Counted from the first letter of the stretch, positions 18,849 through 28,837 are shown. The stretch: DNA of 55,883 nt from an uncultured Brevibacterium sp. (GCA_902489215.1 CABTZE010000001.1:1-55883), one strand, 5' to 3'. Made by a program: numbers and translations. The notes: generated by a model not told the origin, from the sequence alone.

Positions 18849-19463
18849 ATGGCCGAGCGAAAAGGTAAGCGGAGGATCGATGCCGTACGTAACCGAGCCC
18901 GGCTTATTGAAGCGGCTGGTTCTTTGTTCCGCGAGGATGAGAACGCCACAATGCCTGAGATTGCCAAACGCGCTGAGCTGTCCGTGGCTACTGCATACCG
19001 GTTTTTCCCGAGCCTCGACGATCTGCGTGCTGAGTACCTGCGTCTTGTGATTGCTGAGCTCGCTGAGTACAGCAAGAACTGCGATGCTGAAGGAAAAGAT
19101 CTTTTCACCGACGTGCTAGGCGAATGGCTGCGGATGCAAAGCACGTACGGAGACGCGATTATTCATCTGCGTTCGCGTGAAGGATATCTGAGCCGTCTGC
19201 ACGCGGGAGATCCCGTCATCACCACAGTCCGTTCGGCATGGGAGCGGCCGATATCGCACCTTCTCGATGCATTGAACTTGGACTCAATAGACATCGAGGA
19301 TGCGCTGTATCTTTTCAACATCATGTTCGACCCACGCGATATTCGTGATCTTTCCCGTCAGCGCCGTTGGTCATATGAGGAAATTGCAGCACGGCTTTCG
19401 CATTCCTACTACGCGCTTCTTCAATCGTGGACTTCCGAAGGCAAAGCTGGGGCCGCTACCTAA
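18849..19463 (+). CDS. TetR/AcrR-family regulator
   Basis: RIDAVRNRARLIEAA...MPEIAKRAELSVATAYRFFPS. ATG follows GGAGG; alternative GTG at 18825. Confidence 0.9.
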   Translation: MAERKGKRRIDAVRNRARLIEAAGSLFREDENATMPEIAKRAELSVATAYRFFPSLDDLRAEYLRLVIAELAEYSKNCDAEGKDLFTDVLGEWLRMQSTYGDAIIHLRSREGYLSRLHAGDPVITTVRSAWERPISHLLDALNLDSIDIEDALYLFNIMFDPRDIRDLSRQRRWSYEEIAARLSHSYYALLQSWTSEGKAGAAT

Positions 19464-19550
19464 CCTCGCGACGATTGTTTTAATTGCCTGTCGTTTGGTG
19501 AAGTAACGGCCTCAGCTTATTCGGGGTAGAAAAATCTACTGTCGACTGCC

Positions 19551-20810
19551 CTAGGTTTCTGCGCTTGTGCGGTGCATGCCGACGGTCGGTGAGTTCAGCA
19601 CTTTGCGATCAAGCTGTTTCGTTTGCGCAGCGACTGTCGCGGTTCCAGCGAGGTCGCTGGTGATGTTCAATCCTGTGTGTGCAACGTCAATGACCGGCCA
19701 GATCGCTGCCAGCAGTGGAATGAGGTCCAGGGGCATCCCCAGGGCTTCGAACAGTACAGCTGACATGACGATTCCAGCGCCGCGAACACCAGCAGCGCCG
19801 AGTGACAAGGCGAGTCCCAGCAGGATGATCTGTGCTATGAGGCCCACTGTGATCGGCATGCCAAAGGCATCGGCCGCGAAGATTGAGATGACGCCCAGTG
19901 CAACTGCGAAACCATCCATATTGGCGGTGGCGCCAAAGGGGATTGTGAAGCTGAAGATCTTTCGTGGGGCGCCAAGGTTGTCTTTGGCAACCCGCATTGA
20001 GATGGGGATCGTGGCTGCGCTGCTGGATGTGGTCATCGCAAACATTGTTGAAGGCCACGCTTTGCGGTAGAACCGCAGCGGATTTATGCGAGCGAATGCG
20101 AGCAGGATGATGGGGTATACGACGCAGGCCACCACCAGAATTCCAGCTACATCTGCGACGATGAACTTCGCGGCAGCTCCAAGCATTTCAGTGCCTGTTG
20201 TTCCAACGAGAACTGCGAGAAGTGCAAAAACTCCGTAGGGCGAAACCTGGATGATCATGTTCGTGAGTTTGAGCATGACCTCGGTTCCCTCGCGAACCAC
20301 AGCGAAGAGGCGCGGCAGGCGCTCTTCTCCGATGAGCATCATTGCAATCGCGAAAAGGATTGTTCCGATGATCAGCGGGATCATGTTTGTCTCGGACATC
20401 GCAAGGAAGAAGTTATCCGGCACCCAGCCGAGCAGCTGGTCGCGAAAACTGAACTCGTCGGGTTTAACTTCTTCAGCGTCAATGGATGCTAGATCGAGCC
20501 CCTTACCCGGACGAACCAGCAACGCCATTCCGACGCCAATCGCTGATGCTACGAGGGACGTGATTGTCAGGTAGGCAAAAAACCTTGCGCCAACGTTCCC
20601 AAGCTCGCGGACGGACTGCATCTGCAAGACACCCGAGATGAGGGTTGCGATGACAAGCGGCACTACAAGGAATTTCAATAGCCGCAGGAAGATCTGCCCA
20701 ATTGGGTCGAGGTACGCAGCATTCTCCTGGAGGACAATGCCTGCGATAATTCCCAACGCGGCGCCGATAAGGACTTGTGTGTGCAGCTTTTGGCGGAACC
20801 ACCACTTCAT
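19551..20810 (-). CDS. dicarboxylate/amino acid:cation symporter (DAACS/GltP family)
   Basis: FLRLLKFLVVPL, TTSSSAATIP, GATANMDG, AAGVRG, HTGLNITSD. Confidence 0.93.
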   Translation of the reverse strand: MKWWFRQKLHTQVLIGAALGIIAGIVLQENAAYLDPIGQIFLRLLKFLVVPLVIATLISGVLQMQSVRELGNVGARFFAYLTITSLVASAIGVGMALLVRPGKGLDLASIDAEEVKPDEFSFRDQLLGWVPDNFFLAMSETNMIPLIIGTILFAIAMMLIGEERLPRLFAVVREGTEVMLKLTNMIIQVSPYGVFALLAVLVGTTGTEMLGAAAKFIVADVAGILVVACVVYPIILLAFARINPLRFYRKAWPSTMFAMTTSSSAATIPISMRVAKDNLGAPRKIFSFTIPFGATANMDGFAVALGVISIFAADAFGMPITVGLIAQIILLGLALSLGAAGVRGAGIVMSAVLFEALGMPLDLIPLLAAIWPVIDVAHTGLNITSDLAGTATVAAQTKQLDRKVLNSPTVGMHRTSAET

Positions 20811-20845
20811 GAGTTCCCTCTTTCTGATTGTTCAGTTGGTCAGCT

Positions 20846-21454
20846 TCATCGCAGACCAAGCAGGTCGGCTGTGAATTCACCGCGGGAGATCTGTTCTACC
20901 CAGCCGGCTTCGGTGTCTTCGCGGACCTGTGCCGCTTCGAGTGTTTTTGTGACTGTGTCCTGTGGGACTGCGACTACGCCGTCGGCGTCACCCACAATGA
21001 GGTCGCCGGTGCGGATCGTGACGCCGTCGATTGTGACGGCGTCGCCGATGACACCAGCGTCAAGCTTTGTTGTGCCCTTGATGGAAAGCGCTTTCGCGAA
21101 GACAGGGAACTGGAGTTTCTTGATTTCAGCGGCATCACGCGCGGCGCCATTGATGACTACTCCGGTCACTCCAATGTGCTGTGCAGCGGCAGTAAGTACG
21201 TCCCCCCATGCGCCCGCTTCTTTCCATCCCCAGGCATCAACGACGAGCACGTCGCCTGGTTGAGCTTCCAGCAGGGCAAGATGCAGCGCCCGATTGTCTC
21301 CCGGACGGGTAAGAACTGTAAGTGCGCGGCCGGCTAACACCAAGGAGGGGTCGAGGGGCTTGACCTCGTGCGAAAGGGCTCCGGTTTTGCCCTGGGCTTC
21401 GTGGATTGTCGCTGCTCCTAGCGCAGCGGCGGTCTTGAAGGTGCTTTCGTCCAT
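20846..21454 (-). CDS. RraA-family / 4-hydroxy-4-methyl-2-oxoglutarate (HMG/CHA) aldolase
   Basis: GAATIHEAQG, PGDNRALH, PGDVLVVD, WGDVL, VINGAARD, GDLIVGDADGVV. Confidence 0.9.
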   Translation of the reverse strand: MDESTFKTAAALGAATIHEAQGKTGALSHEVKPLDPSLVLAGRALTVLTRPGDNRALHLALLEAQPGDVLVVDAWGWKEAGAWGDVLTAAAQHIGVTGVVINGAARDAAEIKKLQFPVFAKALSIKGTTKLDAGVIGDAVTIDGVTIRTGDLIVGDADGVVAVPQDTVTKTLEAAQVREDTEAGWVEQISRGEFTADLLGLR

Positions 21455-21494
21455 CGTGGCCTCCTTTGGTCACAGCTCGATAAGTGATAGCAAA

Positions 21495-21516
21495 CTCTCA
21501 AATGAGAGAGTACTCT
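21495..21516. promoter_or_regulatory. candidate operator in the divergent aldolase/aminotransferase promoter
   Basis: Overlapping palindromes CTCTCA-AA-TGAGAG and AGAGTACTCT. Confidence 0.3.
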
Positions 21517-21583
21517 ATGTTACGTCGATTTGTAACCCACGCCACAAAAACAGTTGGCTGCAAGCAATCAGCAAAGGATCAGT

Positions 21584-22759
21584 ATGGATTTGGCCATTTC
21601 CCCCGCCCTGCAGCGAATTCGTGAGACATCGTCACGTCCAGCTGGCGCCAGGCCCCTGCCGGACGCTGTTGATCTCTCAATGGGGGAGCCGGACTTCGAC
21701 GCACCTAGGCAAGTTGTTGATGCCCTCTATCAGGCACTCTTGGAAGGGCACACCCACTACGGGAATCTGAATGGCGACCCGGAGTTGCGCACTCTGCTAG
21801 CGCAGCAGGCAAGCGATGTGCGAAAGAAAGCTGGCGTTTTTGACGGTCTGAGCGACCGGGGTGAGGTAGCGCCAGATCAAATCTCGATTGGGCACGGTGC
21901 CACCGGCGTCTTGGCCGCAATAATCTTGTCGCTCATCGGTCCCGGAGACCGAGTTGTATTGCCGGAGCCCACGTACTCGCTCTACAGCGATCTTGTTGAA
22001 ATGGTTGGCGGAGAAGTTGTTTGGGTTCCGCTTGACGAAAACCAGCATGTAGAAGTCGACAGCACGTTGGCCGCTGCTCGCACCTCCAAGATGCTCATAC
22101 TCTGCAACCCTGGGAATCCAACCGGCGCAGTTGTGTCTGCAGAAACGCTTGCTGCGTTGGGCACGGGCCTTGCCGGTAGTGACACAATCGTCGTGAGCGA
22201 TGAGGCTTATCGTGCCTTTACGTACGGGCAGGGATTCACTTCGGCACTTGCAGTTCCTGAGCTCGCAGAACGCCTGATTCAGGTAGACACCCTGTCGAAG
22301 ACATATGCGCTGACAGGCTTCCGGCTCGGGTGGTCGGTGGCGCCAGAGCCGATTGCTCGAGCCATTTCACAAGTAGGGCGCACGATAGCCGGCGCGCCGA
22401 ATGCGGCGGTTCAGAAGGCGGCCATTTCTGCGCTGAGTTCGGGTGATGAGCTCTATGCGTCGATGCTGGAGGAGTATGCGGCTCGACGGGACATTGTCGT
22501 GAAAGAGCTCAGTGCCGTTCCAGGAGTGGAGTTCTCTGATCCGGAGGGTGCGTTCTATGCGTTCTTCCGGCATGGGCTGCCTATGCCGTCTGCAGAAGTG
22601 CGTGCTGCGCTGGCTGAGAAGGGTGTTCTGCTGCGCTCGGGCAGTGAATATGGACCTTCGGGTGAAGGGTATCTGCGCATGTCGTTCGCTGCCTCGGAGG
22701 AAAACATCAAGGAAGGAATTCGCAGGATAAAGGTTGGGCTTGACGAATTGAGGGAGTAG
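21584..22759 (+). CDS. PLP-dependent aminotransferase, class I/II
   Basis: SMGEPDF, CNPGNPTG, SDEAY, PLP-lysine TLSKTYALTGFRLG, GYLRMSFA. Confidence 0.93.
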   Translation: MDLAISPALQRIRETSSRPAGARPLPDAVDLSMGEPDFDAPRQVVDALYQALLEGHTHYGNLNGDPELRTLLAQQASDVRKKAGVFDGLSDRGEVAPDQISIGHGATGVLAAIILSLIGPGDRVVLPEPTYSLYSDLVEMVGGEVVWVPLDENQHVEVDSTLAAARTSKMLILCNPGNPTGAVVSAETLAALGTGLAGSDTIVVSDEAYRAFTYGQGFTSALAVPELAERLIQVDTLSKTYALTGFRLGWSVAPEPIARAISQVGRTIAGAPNAAVQKAAISALSSGDELYASMLEEYAARRDIVVKELSAVPGVEFSDPEGAFYAFFRHGLPMPSAEVRAALAEKGVLLRSGSEYGPSGEGYLRMSFAASEENIKEGIRRIKVGLDELRE

Positions 22760-22943
22760 GGGTGTCGTGGCGAGGGCTGGCGCGGCCTGGCGGCGTAGTC
22801 AGCCCAAGCGAGCGGCCCAGCCGGGTTTCCCTTCTGTCCAGCCAAGTGAACTCTGCTGTCTAGGTGGAATATGGAGGCAAAAATCGCGATTTCGTCTCAG
22901 TATTCCGACTATTTTGCAGGACTGGTGAGTGGGCAAAGGCTCA

Positions 22944-23020
22944 CGAGGCGCCGGGCCAGCTTCCTCGCCAAACTCACGAGGTGCCGGGCCAGGTGGCCAG
23001 CCGGGCCTCACCACCCGGCC
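22944..23020 (+). repeat. 77-bp dispersed intergenic repeat, copy 2
   Basis: Matches 13039-13115 with 6 mismatches. Confidence 0.9.
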
Positions 23021-23072
23021 GGCCGCCGCTCGGCCGTGCTCGCCACCCGCCGGCCACCCCGACGCTGGAAAC

Positions 23073-24263
23073 TCACAACCCCCGGCCGATGAGTTCCTTC
23101 ATGATTTCGTTTGTGCCGCCGTAGATCTTCTGTACCCGCGACGATGCGTAGGCCCTCGCAATGGGGTATTCGTTCATGAAGCCGTAGCCGCCGAATACCT
23201 GCAGCACTTTGTCGACGATGGTGTTCTGCATGTCGGTTGCCCAGTATTTGGCGGCTGAGGCCTTTTCGGTGGAAAGCTTGCCAGCGGTGTGTTCGGCAAT
23301 CGCGTGGTCGACGAACGTGCGTACGGCCAGTGCTTCGGTAGATGCTTCGGCCAGAACGAATTTGGTGTTCTGGAATTTCACGATCGGCACTCCGAACGCC
23401 TCACGGTCCTTCGCATACGAAATACCCGCACGCACTGCGGCTTCGGCAACTCCGGCACCACCGACGGCAATGGCCAGGCGTTCCTGCGGCAGCTGGTTCA
23501 TCAGCTGGTAGAAGCCCTTGCCTTCGCCGGCCTCGCCGCCAAGCACATTCCCAACCGGCACCCGCATGTCGGTGAAGAACAGTTCGCGTGTGTCCTGTCC
23601 GCGCATGCCCATTTTGTCGAGCACGCGGCCGCGCTCAAATCCAGGCGCCCACGTGCCTTCTTCCCCAACAACGTCTTCGCCGCCGACTTCAGCAACGATG
23701 AGTGAAATCCCCTTTGCGCCGGGTTCATCCGAGGTGCGGGCCACGATGATCACGATGTCGCAGTGGGTGCCGTTGGTGATGAAGGTCTTGGAGCCGTTGA
23801 TGACCCATTCGTCGCCGTCGCGCACGGCCTTTGTGCGGATGGACTGCAGGTCGGATCCGGTGCCGGGTTCGGTCATGGCGATTGCGGCGACGTATTCGCC
23901 GGAGGCCAGTTTCGGCAGCCAGGCTTTTTTCTGTTCTTCGGTGCCGTATTCGAGGATGTAGTGCGCACAGATGGACGAGTGCACGGAGTAGCCCCACGCG
24001 TCGTCGAAGGCGAGCCCTTGTTCGTGCAGCACAACTGCTTCGTGGCGGAAGTCGCCGCCTCCGCCGCCGTATTCTTCGGGTACGGAGATGCACAGCAGGC
24101 CGGCCTGTCCGGCTTTGCGCCACACGTCGCGGTCAACGCGGTGCTGCTGCGCAAAGCGTTCCTGGTGGGGTGTGATTTCGTTGGCGATGAATTCGCGGGT
24201 CAGTTTGCGCAGTTCGCTGGTGTCTTCGTCTTCCCAGGTTCCGCGGTAGGAATCGAGGATCAT
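23073..24263 (-). CDS. acyl-CoA dehydrogenase (LCAD-like)
   Basis: AIAMTEPGTGSDL, NGSKTFITNG, LPQERL, QVFGGYGF, KIYGGTNEIMK. Confidence 0.95.
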   Translation of the reverse strand: MILDSYRGTWEDEDTSELRKLTREFIANEITPHQERFAQQHRVDRDVWRKAGQAGLLCISVPEEYGGGGGDFRHEAVVLHEQGLAFDDAWGYSVHSSICAHYILEYGTEEQKKAWLPKLASGEYVAAIAMTEPGTGSDLQSIRTKAVRDGDEWVINGSKTFITNGTHCDIVIIVARTSDEPGAKGISLIVAEVGGEDVVGEEGTWAPGFERGRVLDKMGMRGQDTRELFFTDMRVPVGNVLGGEAGEGKGFYQLMNQLPQERLAIAVGGAGVAEAAVRAGISYAKDREAFGVPIVKFQNTKFVLAEASTEALAVRTFVDHAIAEHTAGKLSTEKASAAKYWATDMQNTIVDKVLQVFGGYGFMNEYPIARAYASSRVQKIYGGTNEIMKELIGRGL

Positions 24264-24901
24264 GGTGTCTCCTTTGTGTGGGGTTCGGTTGTGCCGCTTG
24301 TGTAGGTGACGCGGACGGCGAGGTCAGTGGTGCTGCGCGGGGGCAATCCGTCTGAGTTTTCGAGGCCGTCCCATATGTGGTCGAGCATGGGCGCCAGGAA
24401 GAGCCGGCCCAGGTAGCGCACCAGGAGTTCCGCTACTTGGACTGCCTCAGGCCCGGTCGAGGTGGAAAAGCCGGCACTGCGGGCACCCCGGATCACGTCG
24501 CGGGTGAGTTCGGTTATCCGGTGGGCCAGGCCCGAGGCGCCCTCGGCATCCGCTCCCGGGGCCAGCAGGATACGGCGGGTGTAGTCGACGATCTCGGGGT
24601 TGGCTTCCAGCAGACGGCCGACGTTGGCGTCGCGGATTCGACGCAGTTCCTCGGCGGTGCTGATGTCGGGTGGGAGGTCGTCGAGGGCTTCCCGCAGGCG
24701 AGCGAGGATGTCGTCTTCGATTGCCCGGATGAGCCCGGCTTTGCTGCCGAAGTGGTGGACGACCGAGCCGTGGGCAATCGGGGTGGCTTCGGCGATTTGC
24801 CGCAGTGACACAGCGTGGTGGCCATGTGCTGCGAACAGTTTGAGCGCGGCGGTGCGGATGCGCGCTTTTGAGGACATATCGCTGTGTGTCACGTCAGCCA
24901 T
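24260..24901 (-). CDS. TetR/AcrR-family regulator
   Basis: IRTAALKLFA...SLRQIAE...VVHHFGSKAGL. Confidence 0.9.
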   Translation of the reverse strand: MADVTHSDMSSKARIRTAALKLFAAHGHHAVSLRQIAEATPIAHGSVVHHFGSKAGLIRAIEDDILARLREALDDLPPDISTAEELRRIRDANVGRLLEANPEIVDYTRRILLAPGADAEGASGLAHRITELTRDVIRGARSAGFSTSTGPEAVQVAELLVRYLGRLFLAPMLDHIWDGLENSDGLPPRSTTDLAVRVTYTSGTTEPHTKETP

Positions 24902-25112
24902 GTGCGTGTCCTCTCGTGTTGTGGGCCTGTTGCAGGGCCAATTTCAGGGTCGTGTCCGGCACTTATCAAGCAGCGGTTTCGGCTGTTTCCGAAGCCCCGG
25001 TCCTAACTCTTCTCCAAATGGATAATAACCAATACACTTGGAGAACAACAGGGGTTTGAAGGAGAGCCCCGTAGGTCGGGATGACCATCTCAAAGACGCG
25101 AAAGGATCACCC

Positions 25113-26687
25113 ATGGCCCACTTGTCCACCATTCTTGAACGCACAGCACAGCGCCGGCCTGAGGCCACAGCGCTCATCAGCGACGAGCTCACCATGTTCT
25201 ATCCGCAGCTGAATGCCGCGGCCAATCAGTTCGCCCGAGTGCTGGCCGATCACGGTGTGGGCAAGGGTGACCGTGTGGTTCTCAACAGCATCAACAGCCC
25301 GTACTTCGTGGTTGCCGCCTATGCGGTGTTCAAGCTCGGGGCTGTTCTGTCCCCGGCCAATCCCCAGTCCACGGGCCCGGAGCTGGCGTACTTCCTGCGC
25401 GATTCCGGCGCGAAGGTCTTTGTTGCCCACCCGGCGCTCGCGAAGCCGTCAGCAGATGCCTTCAACCACCTCGGCGGCGGGGAAGAAGAGACCCCCGCTC
25501 CCATCGGTCTGAGCCTGGGCCCTATTGACCCCTCGACCCCGGGTGCTGACCGGTTCACAGACGCGCTCGCCCTGAGCGCCCAGGCCGATGACACCAACCT
25601 GGGCACAGCGGTAGAGGAGAGCGACAACGCGCTCATTCTCTACACCTCGGGAACTACGGGTAATCCCAAGGGCGCGGTCCTGGATCATCACGCGGCCATT
25701 TGGGCCGGTATGTCGCTGGGCTTGAGCACGGGTCTGCACGAGGGTGAGCGGGTGCTGATGATTGCGCCGATGTATCACTCGGCGCCGTTGACGAACGTTC
25801 TGTTCCCCACGATTCTGGCCGCCGGCGCGATCGTCATCCGCCCGACGTTCGACCCGCAGGATGCGCTTAACGCAATTGAGCAGCACAAGTGCACGTTTAC
25901 GTTTGCGGTGCCGACCATGTTGGCGCTCATGCTGCGGGTGCCGAATGTGGAAAGCATTGATGTTTCGTCGATGCAGCGGATCTTCTACGGGGCGGCTCCC
26001 ATGCCGGGTTCGCTGGTCACCAGGGTTATTGATGCGTTCCCGAATGCTCGGCTGACCCAGGGTACGGGCCTGACTGAGGGCGGTCCCGGTGGAGCGGTGC
26101 TCACGCACGAGGAGATTCTTGAGCGCCCGTGGGCTTCTGGCCGTGGGGCGAATCCGAATGGTGTGTACCGGATTGTCGACCCTGAGGGCAATGATGTTGC
26201 CGAAGGTGAGGTCGGCGAAATGATTCTTAAGTCCGAATCGATGATGAAGGGCTACTGGAACAAGCCGGAAGAGACCGCGAAGACCATCCGGGATGGTTGG
26301 CTGCACACCGGTGACCTGGCAAAACGTGAATCTGATGGGTTCATGACGCTGGTCGACCGGATGAAGGACATGATCATCTCCGGTGGGAAGAACATCTATT
26401 CCGCCGAGGTGGAGAATGCTGTCTCTGGTCACCCCGGTGTTCTGGACGTGGCTGTTGTGGGTGATCTGCACGAGGTGTACGGGGAGACGGTTGTTGCGGT
26501 GATCGTGCCGGCGGATCCGGAGAACCCGCCCACGTTGGAGTCGATTCGCGAACACGCTGCGCAGACGCTGTCGAAGTTCAAACTGCCCAGGAAGGTGCTG
26601 TACAGGGACATTCCGCGCAACCCGTCGGGCAAAATCCTCAAGCACCGCCTGCGTGATGCCGTGAGGAGCGAATCCGCGGGGGAGTGA
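25113..26687 (+). CDS. acyl-CoA synthetase / long-chain fatty acid-CoA ligase
   Basis: YTSGTTGNPKG, GLTEG, GWLHTGDL, DRMKDMIISGG, PRNPSGKI. Confidence 0.95.
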   Translation: MAHLSTILERTAQRRPEATALISDELTMFYPQLNAAANQFARVLADHGVGKGDRVVLNSINSPYFVVAAYAVFKLGAVLSPANPQSTGPELAYFLRDSGAKVFVAHPALAKPSADAFNHLGGGEEETPAPIGLSLGPIDPSTPGADRFTDALALSAQADDTNLGTAVEESDNALILYTSGTTGNPKGAVLDHHAAIWAGMSLGLSTGLHEGERVLMIAPMYHSAPLTNVLFPTILAAGAIVIRPTFDPQDALNAIEQHKCTFTFAVPTMLALMLRVPNVESIDVSSMQRIFYGAAPMPGSLVTRVIDAFPNARLTQGTGLTEGGPGGAVLTHEEILERPWASGRGANPNGVYRIVDPEGNDVAEGEVGEMILKSESMMKGYWNKPEETAKTIRDGWLHTGDLAKRESDGFMTLVDRMKDMIISGGKNIYSAEVENAVSGHPGVLDVAVVGDLHEVYGETVVAVIVPADPENPPTLESIREHAAQTLSKFKLPRKVLYRDIPRNPSGKILKHRLRDAVRSESAGE

Positions 26688-26711
26688 GCCCGGTAGGTGG
26701 CTCGTGAGGAG

Positions 26712-26750
26712 TGAAGGGGCGTTCCGGGTTTTCCTGGGACGGCCCCTTCA
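26712..26750 (+). terminator. hairpin terminator after the acyl-CoA ligase
   Basis: TGAAGGGG...CCCCTTCA imperfect stem-loop. Confidence 0.55.
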
Positions 26751-26925
26751 TTGTCATGGTGTCTCGTTGATGGCAGTTCAGAGATATTGCTTTTCATAAC
26801 CCAGGGGTATGTCCACTTGCGATCCCTAGAATGAAAGGCACCCGCCGCTTATAGTCTGTTCCGAAACGCTTGCGTCGGCTGGGGAAGTGTACGTTGGACA
26901 GTCCGGTAGAGGCAGAGAGTTGCTG

Positions 26926-27168
26926 ATGAGTAACAGTGGGAGCCGACGGTCTGAGGCTTTGGACGGCCCAGAAAGCGGCCATGCAAGAGGCGAAACTGCT
27001 TCGGAATCTGCCATCACGCGCGGGTACACCGAGCAGTCGCTTCGCGGTGAGGGACCCCGCAAACCTGGGGCTTACGCTGTGGATGCGAGAGCGGCGGATG
27101 TCGACAGGCTTTTGAATCAGGCTCGGGCCGACTGGCGCGAAACGCTGGACATCCTTGCTAATAGATGA
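26926..27168 (+). CDS. putative antitoxin (or its C-terminal remnant) of a Phd/Doc-type pair
   Basis: C-terminus ARADWRETLDILANR resembles the helix of Doc-associated antitoxins; stop overlaps the doc-like ATG (ATGA). The N-terminus looks unconvincing. Confidence 0.45.
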   Translation: MSNSGSRRSEALDGPESGHARGETASESAITRGYTEQSLRGEGPRKPGAYAVDARAADVDRLLNQARADWRETLDILANR

Positions 27169-27380
27169 CCATCGTTTACCTTGGCGTGGAGGACGTGATT
27201 CGCATCCACGACTCCGAACGACATACCGAGCCGAAAGCTAAACGGCTACACCACTACCCGGGACTTGACCTTCGGCGGCCAGGAGTACTACGAGTCGCTG
27301 ATTGAAAAAGCCGCCGCGCTGATGCGAGGACTGGCGCAAGGGCCCCTTTCTTAACCGGCACCAGGTTCTGTCATAAGCGG
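27165..27380 (+). pseudogene. Doc (death-on-curing) toxin pseudogene
   Basis: MTIVYLGVEDVIRIHD, then in another frame TFGGQEYYESLIEKAAALMRGLAQG; the HPFxDGNKR motif is degraded. Confidence 0.75.
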
Positions 27381-27409
27381 TTTTCCTGACTCGGTGCATG
27401 CAACTCAAA

Positions 27410-27453
27410 GAAAACAGCTGCCCATTGTTTCGTTCCAATGGGCAGCTGTTTTC
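27410..27453. terminator. bidirectional hairpin terminator
   Basis: 18-bp stem GAAAACAGCTGCCCATTG / CAATGGGCAGCTGTTTTC. Confidence 0.8.
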
Positions 27454-27478
27454 GTTGTCCAGTTAGACCGTGGCTGTC

Positions 27479-28837
27479 TTATTCCTTATAGAGGACTTCG
27501 GGCAGCCATGTGACGATCTCGGGGAAGATCGAGAACAGGACAATCGCCAAGCCCAGCACCACGATGTACGGGGTTGACCCGGCGAGGATGTCCGTCAGTT
27601 TGATCTTCGGTGCGATTCCCTTGATCACAAACAGGTTGAGTCCAACCGGTGGCGTGATGAGGCCCATTTCCATGTTGATGGTCATGACGATGCCGAACCA
27701 GATGGGGTCGAATCCCAGTTCCAGAATCAGCGGAAGCAGGATGGGGGTCACCATGACGACGATGGACACCGGTGGCAGGAAGAGCCCCATCGCCAGCAGC
27801 ACAATGTTGATGAGGATGAGCACGGCCCAGCGGTTGAGCTCAAGGCCGGTGATAGTCGATGCCAGTTCTTGCGGCACTTCCAGGTAGCTCAGCACCGTGG
27901 CGATCACTGCTGAAAACGCAGTGATCATCAAGATCATCGAGGACTGGGATACCGAAGATTGGAGCACCCCGAGGAGTTCTTTGCCGTTGTGTTCGCGGTA
28001 GAACACGATCACGAGCAGAGCAACCAGGATGACACCGATTGCGGCTGCTTCACTCGGTGTCGCAATACCGCGGTACAGAACAAATAGAACGGCCGCGACA
28101 AGAGCTCCGAACGGCAGAACCTTCACCAGGGCGGTGAAGCGTTCGCCCCAGGTCCACGTGGTTGGGCCGTCTTCGGACATTCCGATCACGCGGCTGGACT
28201 CGCCGTGTGACTGCTCTGCACTGAGGCGCTTTTGGTCGCGTGTGACTGCAATGTAGATCCAGATACAGAACATGATCATGACGACGATGCCCGGAATGAT
28301 GCCCGCGGCAAACAGCTGACCGATGGACTGTTCAGAGGCAATGCCGTACAGGATCAGTGTGACGCTTGGCGGGATCAGGATTCCGAGAGTTCCGCCTGCC
28401 GCCACAGCACCCGTTGCGATCCGAGCGGAGTATCCGCGGGCCTGCATTTCAGGGATTGCAACGCGCCCGATGGCTGCTGCCGTTGCAGGGGAGGACCCCG
28501 TCATTGCGGCGAAGACAGTAGAGGCGACGACCGAACTCATCGCCAGTCCGCCTCGGATGCGCGATAGCCACGCTTCACCTGCGACGAACAGCTGACGGGA
28601 CGCCTTCGAACCGCCGAAAAGGTTGCCCATGAGCACGAACAGCGGGATCGCCAGCAGCCCGAAGTCGTTGAGCGAATCGAAGGTGAGTTTGCCGAAGAGC
28701 TCGGTGTGCTCGGGGCCAAGGAAGATGAGGATAGCTGTCAGGGCGGTGATCGCCAGGGCAAAGGCGATCGGCATGCCCGATGCGAAGAGGACAAGCGAAA
28801 TGACAATGATCAGTCCGCCGGAAAGCAGGGGGTTCAT
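27479..28837 (-). CDS. dctM: TRAP transporter large permease
   Basis: AIPLFVLMG, GSSPATAAAIG, GTLGILIPPS, ATPSEAA, FDPIWFG, ITPPVG. Confidence 0.95.
   Translation of the reverse strand: MNPLLSGGLIIVISLVLFASGMPIAFALAITALTAILIFLGPEHTELFGKLTFDSLNDFGLLAIPLFVLMGNLFGGSKASRQLFVAGEAWLSRIRGGLAMSSVVASTVFAAMTGSSPATAAAIGRVAIPEMQARGYSARIATGAVAAGGTLGILIPPSVTLILYGIASEQSIGQLFAAGIIPGIVVMIMFCIWIYIAVTRDQKRLSAEQSHGESSRVIGMSEDGPTTWTWGERFTALVKVLPFGALVAAVLFVLYRGIATPSEAAAIGVILVALLVIVFYREHNGKELLGVLQSSVSQSSMILMITAFSAVIATVLSYLEVPQELASTITGLELNRWAVLILINIVLLAMGLFLPPVSIVVMVTPILLPLILELGFDPIWFGIVMTINMEMGLITPPVGLNLFVIKGIAPKIKLTDILAGSTPYIVVLGLAIVLFSIFPEIVTWLPEVLYKE

Noticed and set aside
26794..26982. 62-aa minus ORF with RFGTDYKRRVPF, faintly like the C-terminus of ICMT/PEMT methyltransferases
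   Set aside because: Too short a resemblance to support a call; possibly a remnant.
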